From: a virus
Length of the DNA: 40,689 nt
Direction: 5' to 3' (one strand)
IMG/VR virus record: IMGVR_UViG_3300045988_019236
Span: 1-40,689 of that record
A program made the translations under genes and the position numbers. This document shows, in pieces, positions 15,512 through 23,569 of this stretch. Numbering within the stretch: the stretch's first letter is position 1; each line of letters opens with the position of its first letter. Below the pieces are notes generated by a model that saw nothing but the letters and a program-made list of their open reading frames with translations, did no database searches and was not told the origin of the DNA.

Positions 15512-16398
15512 AATGCGTCCCTTCTTTCATCTGCGCCCGCCGCCAGAACCTGCCGTATGGCTTCCAGCTCAGCGTCCCCAAGCTCGCCGGACGCGCCCTT
15601 AGGAATATCAGGCTTCCCATAGCGCCTAACCGGTGGTGCTGACCCAGCGCCGCCCCTGTCCTGCTCTTTGGCAAGCCAGCCGTTGATAAATCGCTGTACC
15701 CCGCCCTTGGTTTTCCGCTTGGATGGGTTGGCGTCACACCACCCGGCCATTTTCCTTAGCTCTGCCAGGATATCAACGGCGGGGTAGAGTTCTGCCCATT
15801 TGTCCACGTCAGCCTGAAAAACAGGGTAAAGGGATTTATCATTCAGCATGATCTGGCACACCGGCGGCGTGGAGGCGGTGTCCGGCTCCGCGCCTATACT
15901 CTCCTTTACTCTACTTTTCTCTACTCTACTCTCCTCTACTCTACTATGTCTTTGGATGTCAGCATTTTTTGATAAAATGTTGACATTTCTGCTTGAAATG
16001 TTTACATTGGGGCAAATTTTGGCGCACTCGACCAGGAGGATGTTGTAATCGACTTCAAGACATTTACGGCGGCTGACTGCCTCGAAGTACCGCTTCTGAA
16101 TTCCCCGTGAAGTCAGAACGTGATACTTGTCATATATCTCTTTGTCGAACATCCCTCGTCTGATAGAAGCCTCTATTATTTCGGAAACGACGCTCCCACC
16201 CAGCCCGCATCTTCGGGCGAACAAAAGCGCAACCTCCTCTGTCCATTCAATGTAATAACCCTCCTTGCCGTATATCTCTTGCAGCAAGTGAACGATTACA
16301 CCAAATCCTGTCAAGCCATATTCTGCTTCTATCAGTTCAAATTTCTTGTCCAAGCAAACATCAAGCGGAAAGAAATCAAGCCCGCTTTTGATTGCCAT
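15508..16398 (-). CDS. Replication initiator / replisome organizer (DUF4373 Lin1244-like N-terminal domain)
   Basis: N-terminus MAIKSGLDFFPLDVCLDKKFELIEAEYGLTGFGVIVHLLQEIYGKEGYYIEW. The central linker is encoded by DNA repeats. Confidence 0.7.
   Translation of the reverse strand: MAIKSGLDFFPLDVCLDKKFELIEAEYGLTGFGVIVHLLQEIYGKEGYYIEWTEEVALLFARRCGLGGSVVSEIIEASIRRGMFDKEIYDKYHVLTSRGIQKRYFEAVSRRKCLEVDYNILLVECAKICPNVNISSRNVNILSKNADIQRHSRVEESRVEKSRVKESIGAEPDTASTPPVCQIMLNDKSLYPVFQADVDKWAELYPAVDILAELRKMAGWCDANPSKRKTKGGVQRFINGWLAKEQDRGGAGSAPPVRRYGKPDIPKGASGELGDAELEAIRQVLAAGADERRDAL
15901..16008. repeat. Candidate origin of replication: three tandem 15-bp repeats plus two AATGTnnACATT palindromes 21 bp apart
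   Basis: The 15-bp repeats are 15901-15915, 15916-15930 and 15931-15945, and encode SRVEE/SRVEK/SRVKE. The palindromes are 15976-15987 and 15997-16008, with an AT-rich segment between the two groups. Confidence 0.5.
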
Positions 16399-16401
16399 GT
16401 G

Positions 16402-16626
16402 CTACCTCACTCCGGTTGTGTGTTCCAGCGAATACCGTGCAAAGCACGTCCGCTCCCCGTACCGGTTCTTTCCGGTGACGGTTTCGCTCTTGATGGGAAC
16501 GCCCTGTGCTTTCAAATCCCAGATCCTTGCACCCAGACGGTAACAGCCGTACTCGGTAACAGCCTCGGCCTGAGTAATACTCCCATAGTCCTGCAAATGC
16601 CGCAGGATACGCTCACACTGTGTCAC
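16402..16626 (-). CDS. Winged-helix DNA-binding protein
   Basis: 74 aa: MTQCERILRHLQDYGSITQAEAVTEYGCYRLGARIWDLKAQG. Confidence 0.6.
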   Translation of the reverse strand: MTQCERILRHLQDYGSITQAEAVTEYGCYRLGARIWDLKAQGVPIKSETVTGKNRYGERTCFARYSLEHTTGVR

Positions 16627-17009
16627 GGCCTTACCTCCCGTATTTCAACCTGTATGTAATCCTCGTCGTGGAAATTGTGGGAAACGCTTTTCAGCCAGCG
16701 CCGGTTATCGTCCTCGATGACACGGCCTTTCATGGCATCCACGATCATCTTTCCCATGATTGCGTGGTTGTCGATATCCAGCCGGTCATTCCAGTAGAAC
16801 GTCACGGCTACGGGCAGCTTAAAGGGTGTTCTGCGAATGCCCTGGGCGTTCATGGCCGCCAATGTAAGCCAGTGCCATAGCTCGGCGTCTTTCTTCCGCA
16901 ATGCCCAGTGCTTCCCGGCATAGTATGCATTCATGCCGTACTCCTTCGCCCACTTCTTCTTTTCCGCGCCGGTCTTCGGGTAGGCGATTCTGAAAACTTC
17001 TTTTGCCAC
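16623..17009 (-). CDS. rusA: RusA-like Holliday junction resolvase
   Basis: Contains DIDNHAIMGKMIVDAMKGRVIEDDN. The GTG at 17009 has AAAGGAGGAG 5 nt upstream. The track ORF extends to 17066 (TTG). Confidence 0.75.
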   Translation of the reverse strand: MAKEVFRIAYPKTGAEKKKWAKEYGMNAYYAGKHWALRKKDAELWHWLTLAAMNAQGIRRTPFKLPVAVTFYWNDRLDIDNHAIMGKMIVDAMKGRVIEDDNRRWLKSVSHNFHDEDYIQVEIREVRP

Positions 17010-17109
17010 GATTCTCCTCCTTTTGGAGTTGGCGGTTTTACTTCCCACCGCCAAGGGAAAATGCAAACTATACTGTTAATCTTTTTGAGAAAAGATTGAT
17101 TTTCCCGGC

Positions 17110-17553
17110 CTAGAACGGCAATTGCGCGTCGTCGTCTTCCAACTCTACGAAGTTCACCGCAGTGGCGGGAGCCTGATACGCCGGTGCGCTGTATCCGTTG
17201 TCAGCCCCAGAGCTGGCCTGAGTGCCGCTTTCCTTGCTGCCGCAGAAATAGATACTGTTTACCAAAATCTCCGCCGTGCGGCGCTTCTGGCCGTTCTTGT
17301 CCGTCCAGTCCCGCAACTGTAATCTGCCGGTCGCTACGGCCATCTGGCCTTTATGGAAGTACTTCTCCACCATTTCGGCGGTGCCGCCCCATGCGACACA
17401 TTCAATAAAGTCAACTTCCTTCTCACCGGTCTGCTGGTTCTTGAAATCCCGGTCACAGGCCAGCGTGAAACTGGCCACAGCCTTCCCGGAATTGGTCCTC
17501 CGCAACTCCGGGTCACGGACGAGGCGGCCTTGGATTGCAACCTGATTAAGCAT
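17110..17553 (-). CDS. ssb: Single-stranded DNA-binding protein
   Basis: OB-fold N-terminus MLNQVAIQGRLVRDPELRRTNSGKAVASFTLA and an acidic tail DDDAQLPF. Confidence 0.9.
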   Translation of the reverse strand: MLNQVAIQGRLVRDPELRRTNSGKAVASFTLACDRDFKNQQTGEKEVDFIECVAWGGTAEMVEKYFHKGQMAVATGRLQLRDWTDKNGQKRRTAEILVNSIYFCGSKESGTQASSGADNGYSAPAYQAPATAVNFVELEDDDAQLPF

Positions 17554-18358
17554 TGTCTGCCTCCTGAGAAATCACCTCGCCGGTGTCTTGGTCAACGTCG
17601 ATGTACTCAGTCATGTCCGGGATATCTGTCATGTCGGAGGAAATATCCGTCTTTGTGGTGCCGTCCTGAGCCATCCCGCGCACAAAGTCGGATTTCAGCG
17701 GGGCGTATTTCAGCACCTTTTTCAGAACGGTTTTCTTTGCCATCTCGTCAAAATTGGTCTGCCACGGACCATTCCCGAAGCTCTTAGAGAACTTTCTCGC
17801 GTGCTCGGTAACTTCCTCGATGCTCATAACCTGAAATCCGTAGCCTCCGTCCTTGGTCTTGAACATGGCGTAGTAGGCAATGGGCTTGCCGCGGTTGCTC
17901 TTGGCGGGGACATGCCGCAGCTTCGGGTCAAGTCCAAGGGCATACTCAAACTCGTCGTTTTCGTATACGGTGTGCGCCTGAATGATGGAAACCTCACCGG
18001 AACGGTAGGCCAGATCGATAAGCCCCTTATAGCCAAGCTGGAATTGGCACTCCATCTGGCCGTGATTGCGGAATGGAATCAGGTAAGCCTGCCCAAGAGG
18101 GGTATTCGGCTCCAAGCCCAACTGTGCGGCGGTCATCATAGCGCCAAGGAAAGACTGAGGGGTGCATTCCTTGAGCTTCGGGTTGGCGCTCAGTGCCGAC
18201 AGGGTAATGCGGCTGAACCGCTCCGGGGTCATCACGCTGGGCAGTGCCGCCTGAATGGCGGGCTTCATCACCTCGATATAGTCCTGAATGCTGCTGGGGT
18301 TTTTCTTTTTCGCTACCGCCTGAGTAGAAGCGGCGGCATTCTGAATCACGTTTGCCAT
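17546..18358 (-). CDS. recT: RecT-family single-strand annealing protein
   Basis: Contains CTPQSFLGAMMTAAQLGLEPNTPLGQAYLIPF and QLGYKGLIDLAYRSG. The ATG at 18358 has GAGGAGGAAG upstream. The track ORF extends to 18406. Confidence 0.85.
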   Translation of the reverse strand: MANVIQNAAASTQAVAKKKNPSSIQDYIEVMKPAIQAALPSVMTPERFSRITLSALSANPKLKECTPQSFLGAMMTAAQLGLEPNTPLGQAYLIPFRNHGQMECQFQLGYKGLIDLAYRSGEVSIIQAHTVYENDEFEYALGLDPKLRHVPAKSNRGKPIAYYAMFKTKDGGYGFQVMSIEEVTEHARKFSKSFGNGPWQTNFDEMAKKTVLKKVLKYAPLKSDFVRGMAQDGTTKTDISSDMTDIPDMTEYIDVDQDTGEVISQEADNA

Positions 18359-18539
18359 TTTTATTCTTCCTCCTCGATAACTTTCATTTCTTTCTGCTTG
18401 TAGCACATGTGCGCCGCGTAGCTGATGGACTGCATGAGGTCAAGCTCCCGCGCCCCGCGGATGCTGCTCCATGCGTGAATGATTTCTTCCCCGTTGAAAA
18501 GGACCGCGAACCGTACCTTTTTGGGGCAGACGTCCAGTT

Positions 18540-18821
18540 TTACGGAGTATCCGATGGTTCCACAGCCCGAAACGGCTTCCGCATTCGCTTTTTGAGGGGG
18601 GTAACTGCCTGCTTTTTCAGCAGGTCACCTTCCGATACGCCGAGGAGCACACACAGCCTGCGGAACGCATATTCCGGAATCAGCCCTTTATTGACTGCGT
18701 AGCTGAGATAGCTGGGGCAGCGTCCGATTTCCTCGGAGAGAACTGCCAACGTCTTTCCGGAATCATACACGGCTTCTCTTGTGGCGGAAGTGTCGATTTC
18801 TACCATATTTGTTTTTCCCAT
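18540..18821 (-). CDS. HTH (XRE-like) protein, probably the N-terminal part of a frameshifted gene that continues to 18361
   Basis: TAATG overlap with the exonuclease gene. An open, start-less frame (18624..18361) follows in the -1 frame and ends 2 nt before the recT ATG. Confidence 0.55.
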   Translation of the reverse strand: MGKTNMVEIDTSATREAVYDSGKTLAVLSEEIGRCPSYLSYAVNKGLIPEYAFRRLCVLLGVSEGDLLKKQAVTPLKKRMRKPFRAVEPSDTP

Positions 18822-19759
18822 TATTGTTCATCCTTTTTGAACCGGAAAGTTCTGCTTTCCGAAGATTTGAAATAGTTCTGTGGGATTTCTCCGTGGTCTT
18901 TCTCCCACTTCTTTCTATCGAACGTGGAGCGTTTCTGCGTCTTCCATGTGACGCTGTAACTCCCGTATCCGCCCCGCTCGGCGGTTCCCATGGCCTCCAT
19001 GATACGCGCCTGAGCGGCAGCTTTCTTTTCTTCCAGCGCCTTGATCTGCTGGCTGCATTCGTCCATGATCGCCAGGTCAACGGCGCAGCCGGTCAAATCC
19101 ATCTCTGTTTCCGGCTCACTGGCCGGGAACTCTGCGTTCAGGGCGTCAATGGTGGAATCCATGCCGTCAATGGCCGGGGGCGTTTCGCTCTGAACGTTCT
19201 CCCAGAAGCTTTTCTCCGCCTCTTTCAGGGCTTCCAGCTCTGCCTCGTCCCGCTCGATGACGAACACCTTGAAGTCAATGCCCAGAACCAGAACCGCCAG
19301 ATACCAGCGATCAAGGCCGGACACAAGAAGGTAATGGCAGCACTGCGCGTAGTAAGTAGCCGGGAACTCACCGTTCTTGAATTTGCTCAAGTGGAGCGCA
19401 TTCGTGGTCTTGATCTCTAATCCTGCCCGTTCACCGATGACCAGCCGGTCGTAGTTGGCGTGGGCGTATGGCATATCGTCCCGGAATACGGTGTAGTTCT
19501 CCCGGCGCACCTTTTTCCCGGTAGCTTCTGTGAACCGCTTTGCTACGTATTCCTCCAAGTCCGTGCCAAGGCGTACCGCCTCTTTCTGGGAAATATCCTC
19601 CGGAATGACTTTCCCGGTTTTCTCCGCCCACAGGGCATATGGTGACTTGTAGGGGTTCAGCCCCAGAATGGCGGCGGCATCCGAACCACCAATGGTGGTA
19701 GAGCGTAGCGCTGTCCATTCCTCTTTGCTCATGGTCGCGGTTGGAATTTTCCGTATCAT
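18821..19759 (-). CDS. YqaJ-like (lambda Exo-type) recombination exonuclease
   Basis: Contains TIGGSDAAAILGLNPYKSPYALWAEKTG and GLEIKTT...YYAQCCHYLLVSG. The ATG at 19759 forms an ATGA overlap. The track ORF extends to 19807. Confidence 0.85.
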   Translation of the reverse strand: MIRKIPTATMSKEEWTALRSTTIGGSDAAAILGLNPYKSPYALWAEKTGKVIPEDISQKEAVRLGTDLEEYVAKRFTEATGKKVRRENYTVFRDDMPYAHANYDRLVIGERAGLEIKTTNALHLSKFKNGEFPATYYAQCCHYLLVSGLDRWYLAVLVLGIDFKVFVIERDEAELEALKEAEKSFWENVQSETPPAIDGMDSTIDALNAEFPASEPETEMDLTGCAVDLAIMDECSQQIKALEEKKAAAQARIMEAMGTAERGGYGSYSVTWKTQKRSTFDRKKWEKDHGEIPQNYFKSSESRTFRFKKDEQ

Positions 19760-19971
19760 TCCTCCACCTCCGCTTCCTCGTTGAACTCCGTCATGGAATC
19801 GATGCAATCCAGACAGTAGAACTCATCATGCGCCGGGATATATACCAGTTTGCTGCCTGTGATGGGATATCCGCACCTGGCACACTTCGGGAGTACCGCT
19901 TCCCGAAAGTCGGCGTCCGCCGCCAACTGTTCAGCCTGCCGCCACGGCTCCATGCTATCAAAAACGTCCAT
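19756..19971 (-). CDS. Small Zn-ribbon protein
   Basis: ATG at 19971 with GAAAGGAAAG upstream. Contains CARCG...CLDC. The track ORF extends to 20076. Confidence 0.55.
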   Translation of the reverse strand: MDVFDSMEPWRQAEQLAADADFREAVLPKCARCGYPITGSKLVYIPAHDEFYCLDCIDSMTEFNEEAEVEE

Positions 19972-20065
19972 TGACTTTCCTTTCTCAGTTTGATATACTG
20001 TAAATGGTAGAGATTTTTTTATCGCTTGCCGTCCCCGGTGCTGTAACATTGGGGGCGGCTTTTTA

Positions 20066-20461
20066 TTAAAGAACAACCACGACGTTCCCGCTCTGAATTT
20101 CGGATTCCAGCGCCTTTTCCAAGTATTTCTTTACCGTATTCCGGGCGGAAAGCTTCCACATGCCACCGTCGGCTTCAATGAAAGAAATGTTTCTTTCGTT
20201 GATACGAATGAGAAATTGAGATTCCGGCTGCTCAACCTCCTGGAACGTGCGGTAAGGCCGTAACTTGATAATGGGTCGGATGGACGCATTGGATTGAAGG
20301 TCGATGCCCTTCTTGGTGACAACGCTGGTAGCAATGCCATTGTCGTTGTACGTGACTTTGCTCCCAGTGGTGATATCGGATAGCAGTTTCAAGGCATACT
20401 CCGTATCCGCCGTGGGCTGGAATCTTGTGCGCAGAGCGATCAATGCCTCTTCAAACGGCAA
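20066..20461 (-). CDS. C-terminal part of a gene split by a frameshift at a G8/C8 homopolymer
   Basis: The frame is open from 20560 but has no ATG. The track start at 20461 is TTG with no RBS. Confidence 0.5.
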   Translation of the reverse strand: MPFEEALIALRTRFQPTADTEYALKLLSDITTGSKVTYNDNGIATSVVTKKGIDLQSNASIRPIIKLRPYRTFQEVEQPESQFLIRINERNISFIEADGGMWKLSARNTVKKYLEKALESEIQSGNVVVVL

Positions 20462-20525
20462 GGATACCTTCTCATTCCAGCCGGGAACATCGGTCGCATT
20501 GGCAGTATACGGGTACTCGCGGTTG

Positions 20526-20798
20526 TTACGCAGCTCCGCAGATGGGGGGGGTGAAGCACTTTACCGTTTTGTGATCGGGAATCGTGATATAAACGGTGCT
20601 GTACCTCCCTACCGCCTCCGTTTTTACAAACGCCACCATGGCGTCGAGGCTGGAAAGCTGGATATTATCTACAATTTCCAGATCAGGCTTCACCTCGGTA
20701 TAGCCGCCCTCTGCGTCCGCAATAAAATCATGGTTTCCGGACGTGAACAGGTGCGGCGCACATAGTTCCTGAATTTTTTCGATTGCTTCTTTCAACAT
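20526..20798 (-). CDS. N-terminal part of the same split gene
   Basis: ATG at 20798 with TAGGAGGAAAAACA upstream. The frame stops 16 nt after the C8 run. The track ORF extends to 20915. Confidence 0.55.
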   Translation of the reverse strand: MLKEAIEKIQELCAPHLFTSGNHDFIADAEGGYTEVKPDLEIVDNIQLSSLDAMVAFVKTEAVGRYSTVYITIPDHKTVKCFTPPICGAA

Positions 20799-20812
20799 TG
20801 TTTTTCCTCCTA

Positions 20813-21124
20813 TCAGGCCATTTTGATTATTTTCAGAGACGCGGGGGCTTCCTGCTCTTCTCCGTCCATGGACATCTGCCCCGGAACCTGGGGCACCATT
20901 TCGACAACCTGGCACTCTCCAGTGCTGTCATCCCCAGCAACCCAAAGGGTTGTTCTCGCGGGCGTAGTAGGCGCAAGTGCTGATTTCACCGCAACGCTGA
21001 CACCGATGTTCTGCCGATCATCGTCCGGTGTAAACTCGATTGTGAGCGTCAGCTTTCGTTTCTGCGTCGGTTTGGTGTTGGGGTCAAGGATATTATCAAT
21101 GACTTTCGCCATCTCCAAATCCAC
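20813..21124 (-). CDS. Hypothetical protein
   Basis: 103-aa ORF starting at GTG 21124 (alternative ATG at 21112). Confidence 0.55.
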   Translation of the reverse strand: MDLEMAKVIDNILDPNTKPTQKRKLTLTIEFTPDDDRQNIGVSVAVKSALAPTTPARTTLWVAGDDSTGECQVVEMVPQVPGQMSMDGEEQEAPASLKIIKMA

Positions 21125-21211
21125 GCGCTCCTAAAACGCGCCCCTTGCCATCTGCAAAATTGATTTTGGATCGTACATTAGAAATCCTCCTGTTTTTAAG
21201 ATGTGTATCCT

Positions 21212-21445
21212 TTATCGCCCTCTGATGCACCGTCCGATACCGGCACCCATCAGGATAGCGCACACCCACATAGCCGGGACTGCCGCCTTGTCTGCCAGCA
21301 AATCCGCCTGCTGCCACCAGAAAAGCACCAGATTCAGCCCCGCATAGGGGAGAACACGGAAAACACATTCCTTGATATTGAACGGCTTCCGGTTCTCCGG
21401 CACCGGCTCCCACCGGGCATCCACGGGCTTGCTTCTGCTTGCCAT
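21212..21445 (-). CDS. Small membrane protein
   Basis: ATG at 21445 with GGTGAGG upstream. There are two hydrophobic segments. The track ORF extends to 21466. Confidence 0.55.
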   Translation of the reverse strand: MASRSKPVDARWEPVPENRKPFNIKECVFRVLPYAGLNLVLFWWQQADLLADKAAVPAMWVCAILMGAGIGRCIRGR

Positions 21446-21449
21446 ATCC

Positions 21450-21629
21450 TCACCCCCTGACCTCATGATTTCGGTGAACTACATCAAAAAGTTCCACATT
21501 CTCATCGTCAAACGCCTTGCTTTCCTTCGATTCCAGCAAAAGGGATTCCCGCAGATGCTCATTTTCCCGGCGCAACCGGCGGTTCATTTCCGCCATGGTG
21601 CGAAGCTGGGTCGTTTCGTTGGGTGTCAT
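21450..21629 (-). CDS. 59-aa coiled-coil protein MTPNETTQLRTMAEMNRRLRRENEHLRESLLLE... (not in the ORF track)
   Basis: The ATG at 21629 forms an ATGA overlap with the stop of 21626..22228. The stop lies 4 nt before the next ATG. Confidence 0.5.
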   Translation of the reverse strand: MTPNETTQLRTMAEMNRRLRRENEHLRESLLLESKESKAFDDENVELFDVVHRNHEVRG

Positions 21630-22228
21630 TTGGCGTTCTCCTTGTAGGGACGAACCTCACTCGGGGAAAGCACTTGAGTTATGCCATCTTCATTAACCAA
21701 GCCGAAATTTCCGGTCTTGAAGATCTTTACCAACACAACGATTTCACCGACATTGAAGCAATGACCATACGTACCGTCTTTTACCGTGACAACGAACTTG
21801 TCCCCCATCTTCGGCTTGCTCTCCTTTGGCTTGTCCTCCTTGCGCTTCTTCTCAAAAAGCCGCTCAACGGCGACCCTTGCGCCCTCCGCTCTGCTGTAGG
21901 TATCCTTCGGATTGCACCGGGCTTCTGCGGTCTTCACGCACCGCCCGCCCCGTTTCAGGGTGGCCGTGGTAATCATCCCGTCAAAGCGGAGTTCCACGGT
22001 GTATTCCCGATCAGACTCTGCAAGTCCAGAAATCATGTCTTCGTACCAGCACCAATGCCCAAGATAATCGTAGCGATCCTCCCCCATGTAATAGTAAACT
22101 CCTTCACTGTTGATTCCGGATTTTATGATCGTCATGGTCTTTCCCAGATACTTGTCCATATAAGGGTTCCAGTTCCTCTGCGGCCTCTTGCTCGCAATCC
22201 GCACCTTATCCCCAACTTTGTATGCCAT
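21626..22228 (-). CDS. Hypothetical protein
   Basis: 200-aa ORF with a central motif AEARCNPKDTYSRAEGARVAVERL, which is common in phage early proteins. Confidence 0.65.
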   Translation of the reverse strand: MAYKVGDKVRIASKRPQRNWNPYMDKYLGKTMTIIKSGINSEGVYYYMGEDRYDYLGHWCWYEDMISGLAESDREYTVELRFDGMITTATLKRGGRCVKTAEARCNPKDTYSRAEGARVAVERLFEKKRKEDKPKESKPKMGDKFVVTVKDGTYGHCFNVGEIVVLVKIFKTGNFGLVNEDGITQVLSPSEVRPYKENAK

Positions 22229-22271
22229 AAATAGCTCCTTTCAATTTCGGCATTCTGCCGTAGATTTCAAA

Positions 22272-22562
22272 TCACTGCCATTCCCTTGCAAACGCCCGTA
22301 TCTCCTTCTCAGAGTACCCCAGGGTTTTCAGGATCACCGCCGGGTTGGGGTGGAGGGTGGTCACCAACTTTCGCAGGACACTTACCCGCATTTCGGTTTT
22401 CCCTTTTTGGTAGTTCAGCAGATTTTGGTACCCCTCGCCGATCTTTTTCCCAAGCGCCGACGCATTATCGCTCTGAATCCCCGCCAGGGGACAGCAGCGG
22501 TCGATTTCCTTCCAGAAATCCTCTGCCGCGTAGCGCTCGGCATATTGCCGGATTCTAGGCAT
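22272..22562 (-). CDS. HTH-containing early protein
   Basis: The ATG at 22562 (MPRIRQYAERY...) has GGAGGAG 8 nt upstream. The alternative ATG at 22604 has no RBS. The track ORF extends to 22739. Confidence 0.55.
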   Translation of the reverse strand: MPRIRQYAERYAAEDFWKEIDRCCPLAGIQSDNASALGKKIGEGYQNLLNYQKGKTEMRVSVLRKLVTTLHPNPAVILKTLGYSEKEIRAFAREWQ

Positions 22563-22614
22563 TTCATCATCTCCTCCCGTATAATCTGCAATTCGTTTAT
22601 TCATGTCTTTTTTA

Positions 22615-22643
22615 TTGCATATTGCCCATCGCTGTGCTATTCT
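22615..22643 (+). promoter_or_regulatory. Candidate promoter of the DUF4145-like gene
   Basis: TTGCAT (22615-22620), a 17-nt spacer, then TATTCT (22638-22643). Confidence 0.4.
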
Positions 22644-22671
22644 GGAAGAAAAAACAGAAAGAGGCGGTCTT

Positions 22672-23379
22672 ATGGGCAAAAAGAGTATAAAAGCATCTAG
22701 CGCGGAGTATCCGGGCGAATCGTATTTATTGCGCTGCACGTATCAGGAGGTTACCGAATGCCCGTCATGCCATTTCGCGATTGAGCCGAAGGCATTATGC
22801 GCTTACTACGTTCAGCCCGACAGCCCTTCTGATGGGAAATGCACGCTGTACCTTCTTTCCCTGTGCAAAAGGTGCAATCAGGTCTTTTTAAGCGCTTTTC
22901 AGGAAAGTACAAGTCGCCCTGTTCCTGGCTTTGCAGATTTCGATTCTGCCTCGTACTCTGTTCCTTACACGCCTAACATAAACAAATTTTCAGGCGACGT
23001 GCAACAGCTTTCACCGGACTTCGTTGAGACCTATGCGCAGGCGGAAATTGCCGAATCTCAACGGTTGTATCGCATCTGCGGGGTTGGCTATCGAAAAGCC
23101 CTGGAGTTTTTGGTAAAGGACTATTTGCGGCATAAGAATCCAGATAATACCGATAAGATACTCGCGGAGCCGCTCGGTTCGTGCATCAAAAAGCTGGAAG
23201 ACCAAAGGCTCAAGGTTCTCGCTGAGCGGTCGGCATGGATTGGAAACGACGAAACGCACTATGTAAGAAAGCACGACGATCTCGGCATTGAAGATATGAA
23301 ACGCTTCATAAAGGCCATGCTGAATTACGTAGAATCGGAACTTGCTTTCGAGGAAGCCGAAGCCATCCCCTGCAAATAG
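22672..23379 (+). CDS. Zn-ribbon + DUF4145-like (HEPN-related) protein, an antisense moron in the early operon
   Basis: ATG at 22672 with AAAGAGG upstream. Contains CPSCH...CKRC at the N-terminus, and C-terminal YRKALEFLVKDYL...WIGNDETHY, which resembles the DUF4145 GNxxxH signature. The track ORF starts at 22603. Confidence 0.65.
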   Translation: MGKKSIKASSAEYPGESYLLRCTYQEVTECPSCHFAIEPKALCAYYVQPDSPSDGKCTLYLLSLCKRCNQVFLSAFQESTSRPVPGFADFDSASYSVPYTPNINKFSGDVQQLSPDFVETYAQAEIAESQRLYRICGVGYRKALEFLVKDYLRHKNPDNTDKILAEPLGSCIKKLEDQRLKVLAERSAWIGNDETHYVRKHDDLGIEDMKRFIKAMLNYVESELAFEEAEAIPCK

Positions 23380-23537
23380 GTATCGCGCTCTGCCAGCTTC
23401 TCCCCGGCCAAAGACCAGTATTCCACGACAACCCGTGTCGGCTGATCCACTGCACCAGACCCGCGCGCAGACCGTGTTTCAATGACGGGGATTACACGTG
23501 CTGAATCACACCCTCTGGGGAATAGATAATTTTTCAT
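23325..23537 (-). CDS. Small hypothetical early protein
   Basis: ATG at 23537 with AAGGGGGTG upstream. Its 3-prime end overlaps the convergent gene 22672..23379 by 55 nt. Confidence 0.5.
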   Translation of the reverse strand: MKNYLFPRGCDSARVIPVIETRSARGSGAVDQPTRVVVEYWSLAGEKLAERDTYLQGMASASSKASSDST

Positions 23538-23569
23538 TTTTTCACCCCCTTCTAGGCTTGTCCCATTAA

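Noticed and set aside
17588-18403. A 271-aa plus-strand ORF opposite recT
   Set aside because: The RecT frame on the minus strand has clear family motifs and an RBS. The plus-strand frame has none. The same reasoning applies to 3571..4389, 4495..5199, 12767..13258, 19 other long plus-strand ORFs opposite structural genes, and 36241..36990.
20028-20064. A hairpin with a T-run (GCCGTCCCC-14 nt-GGGGGCGGC-TTTTT) as a terminator of the early operon
   Set aside because: The T-run follows the hairpin only on the plus strand, whereas the surrounding genes are on the minus strand. The 14-nt loop is also large. At best it blocks antisense transcription, so it is not called as a feature.
21131-21178. 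A 15-aa mini-ORF (MYDPKSILQMARGAF) with a strong AGGAGG RBS in the 21125-21211 gap
   Set aside because: It is too short to support as a gene from sequence alone. It may be a leader peptide or simply a stray RBS. It is noted but not called.
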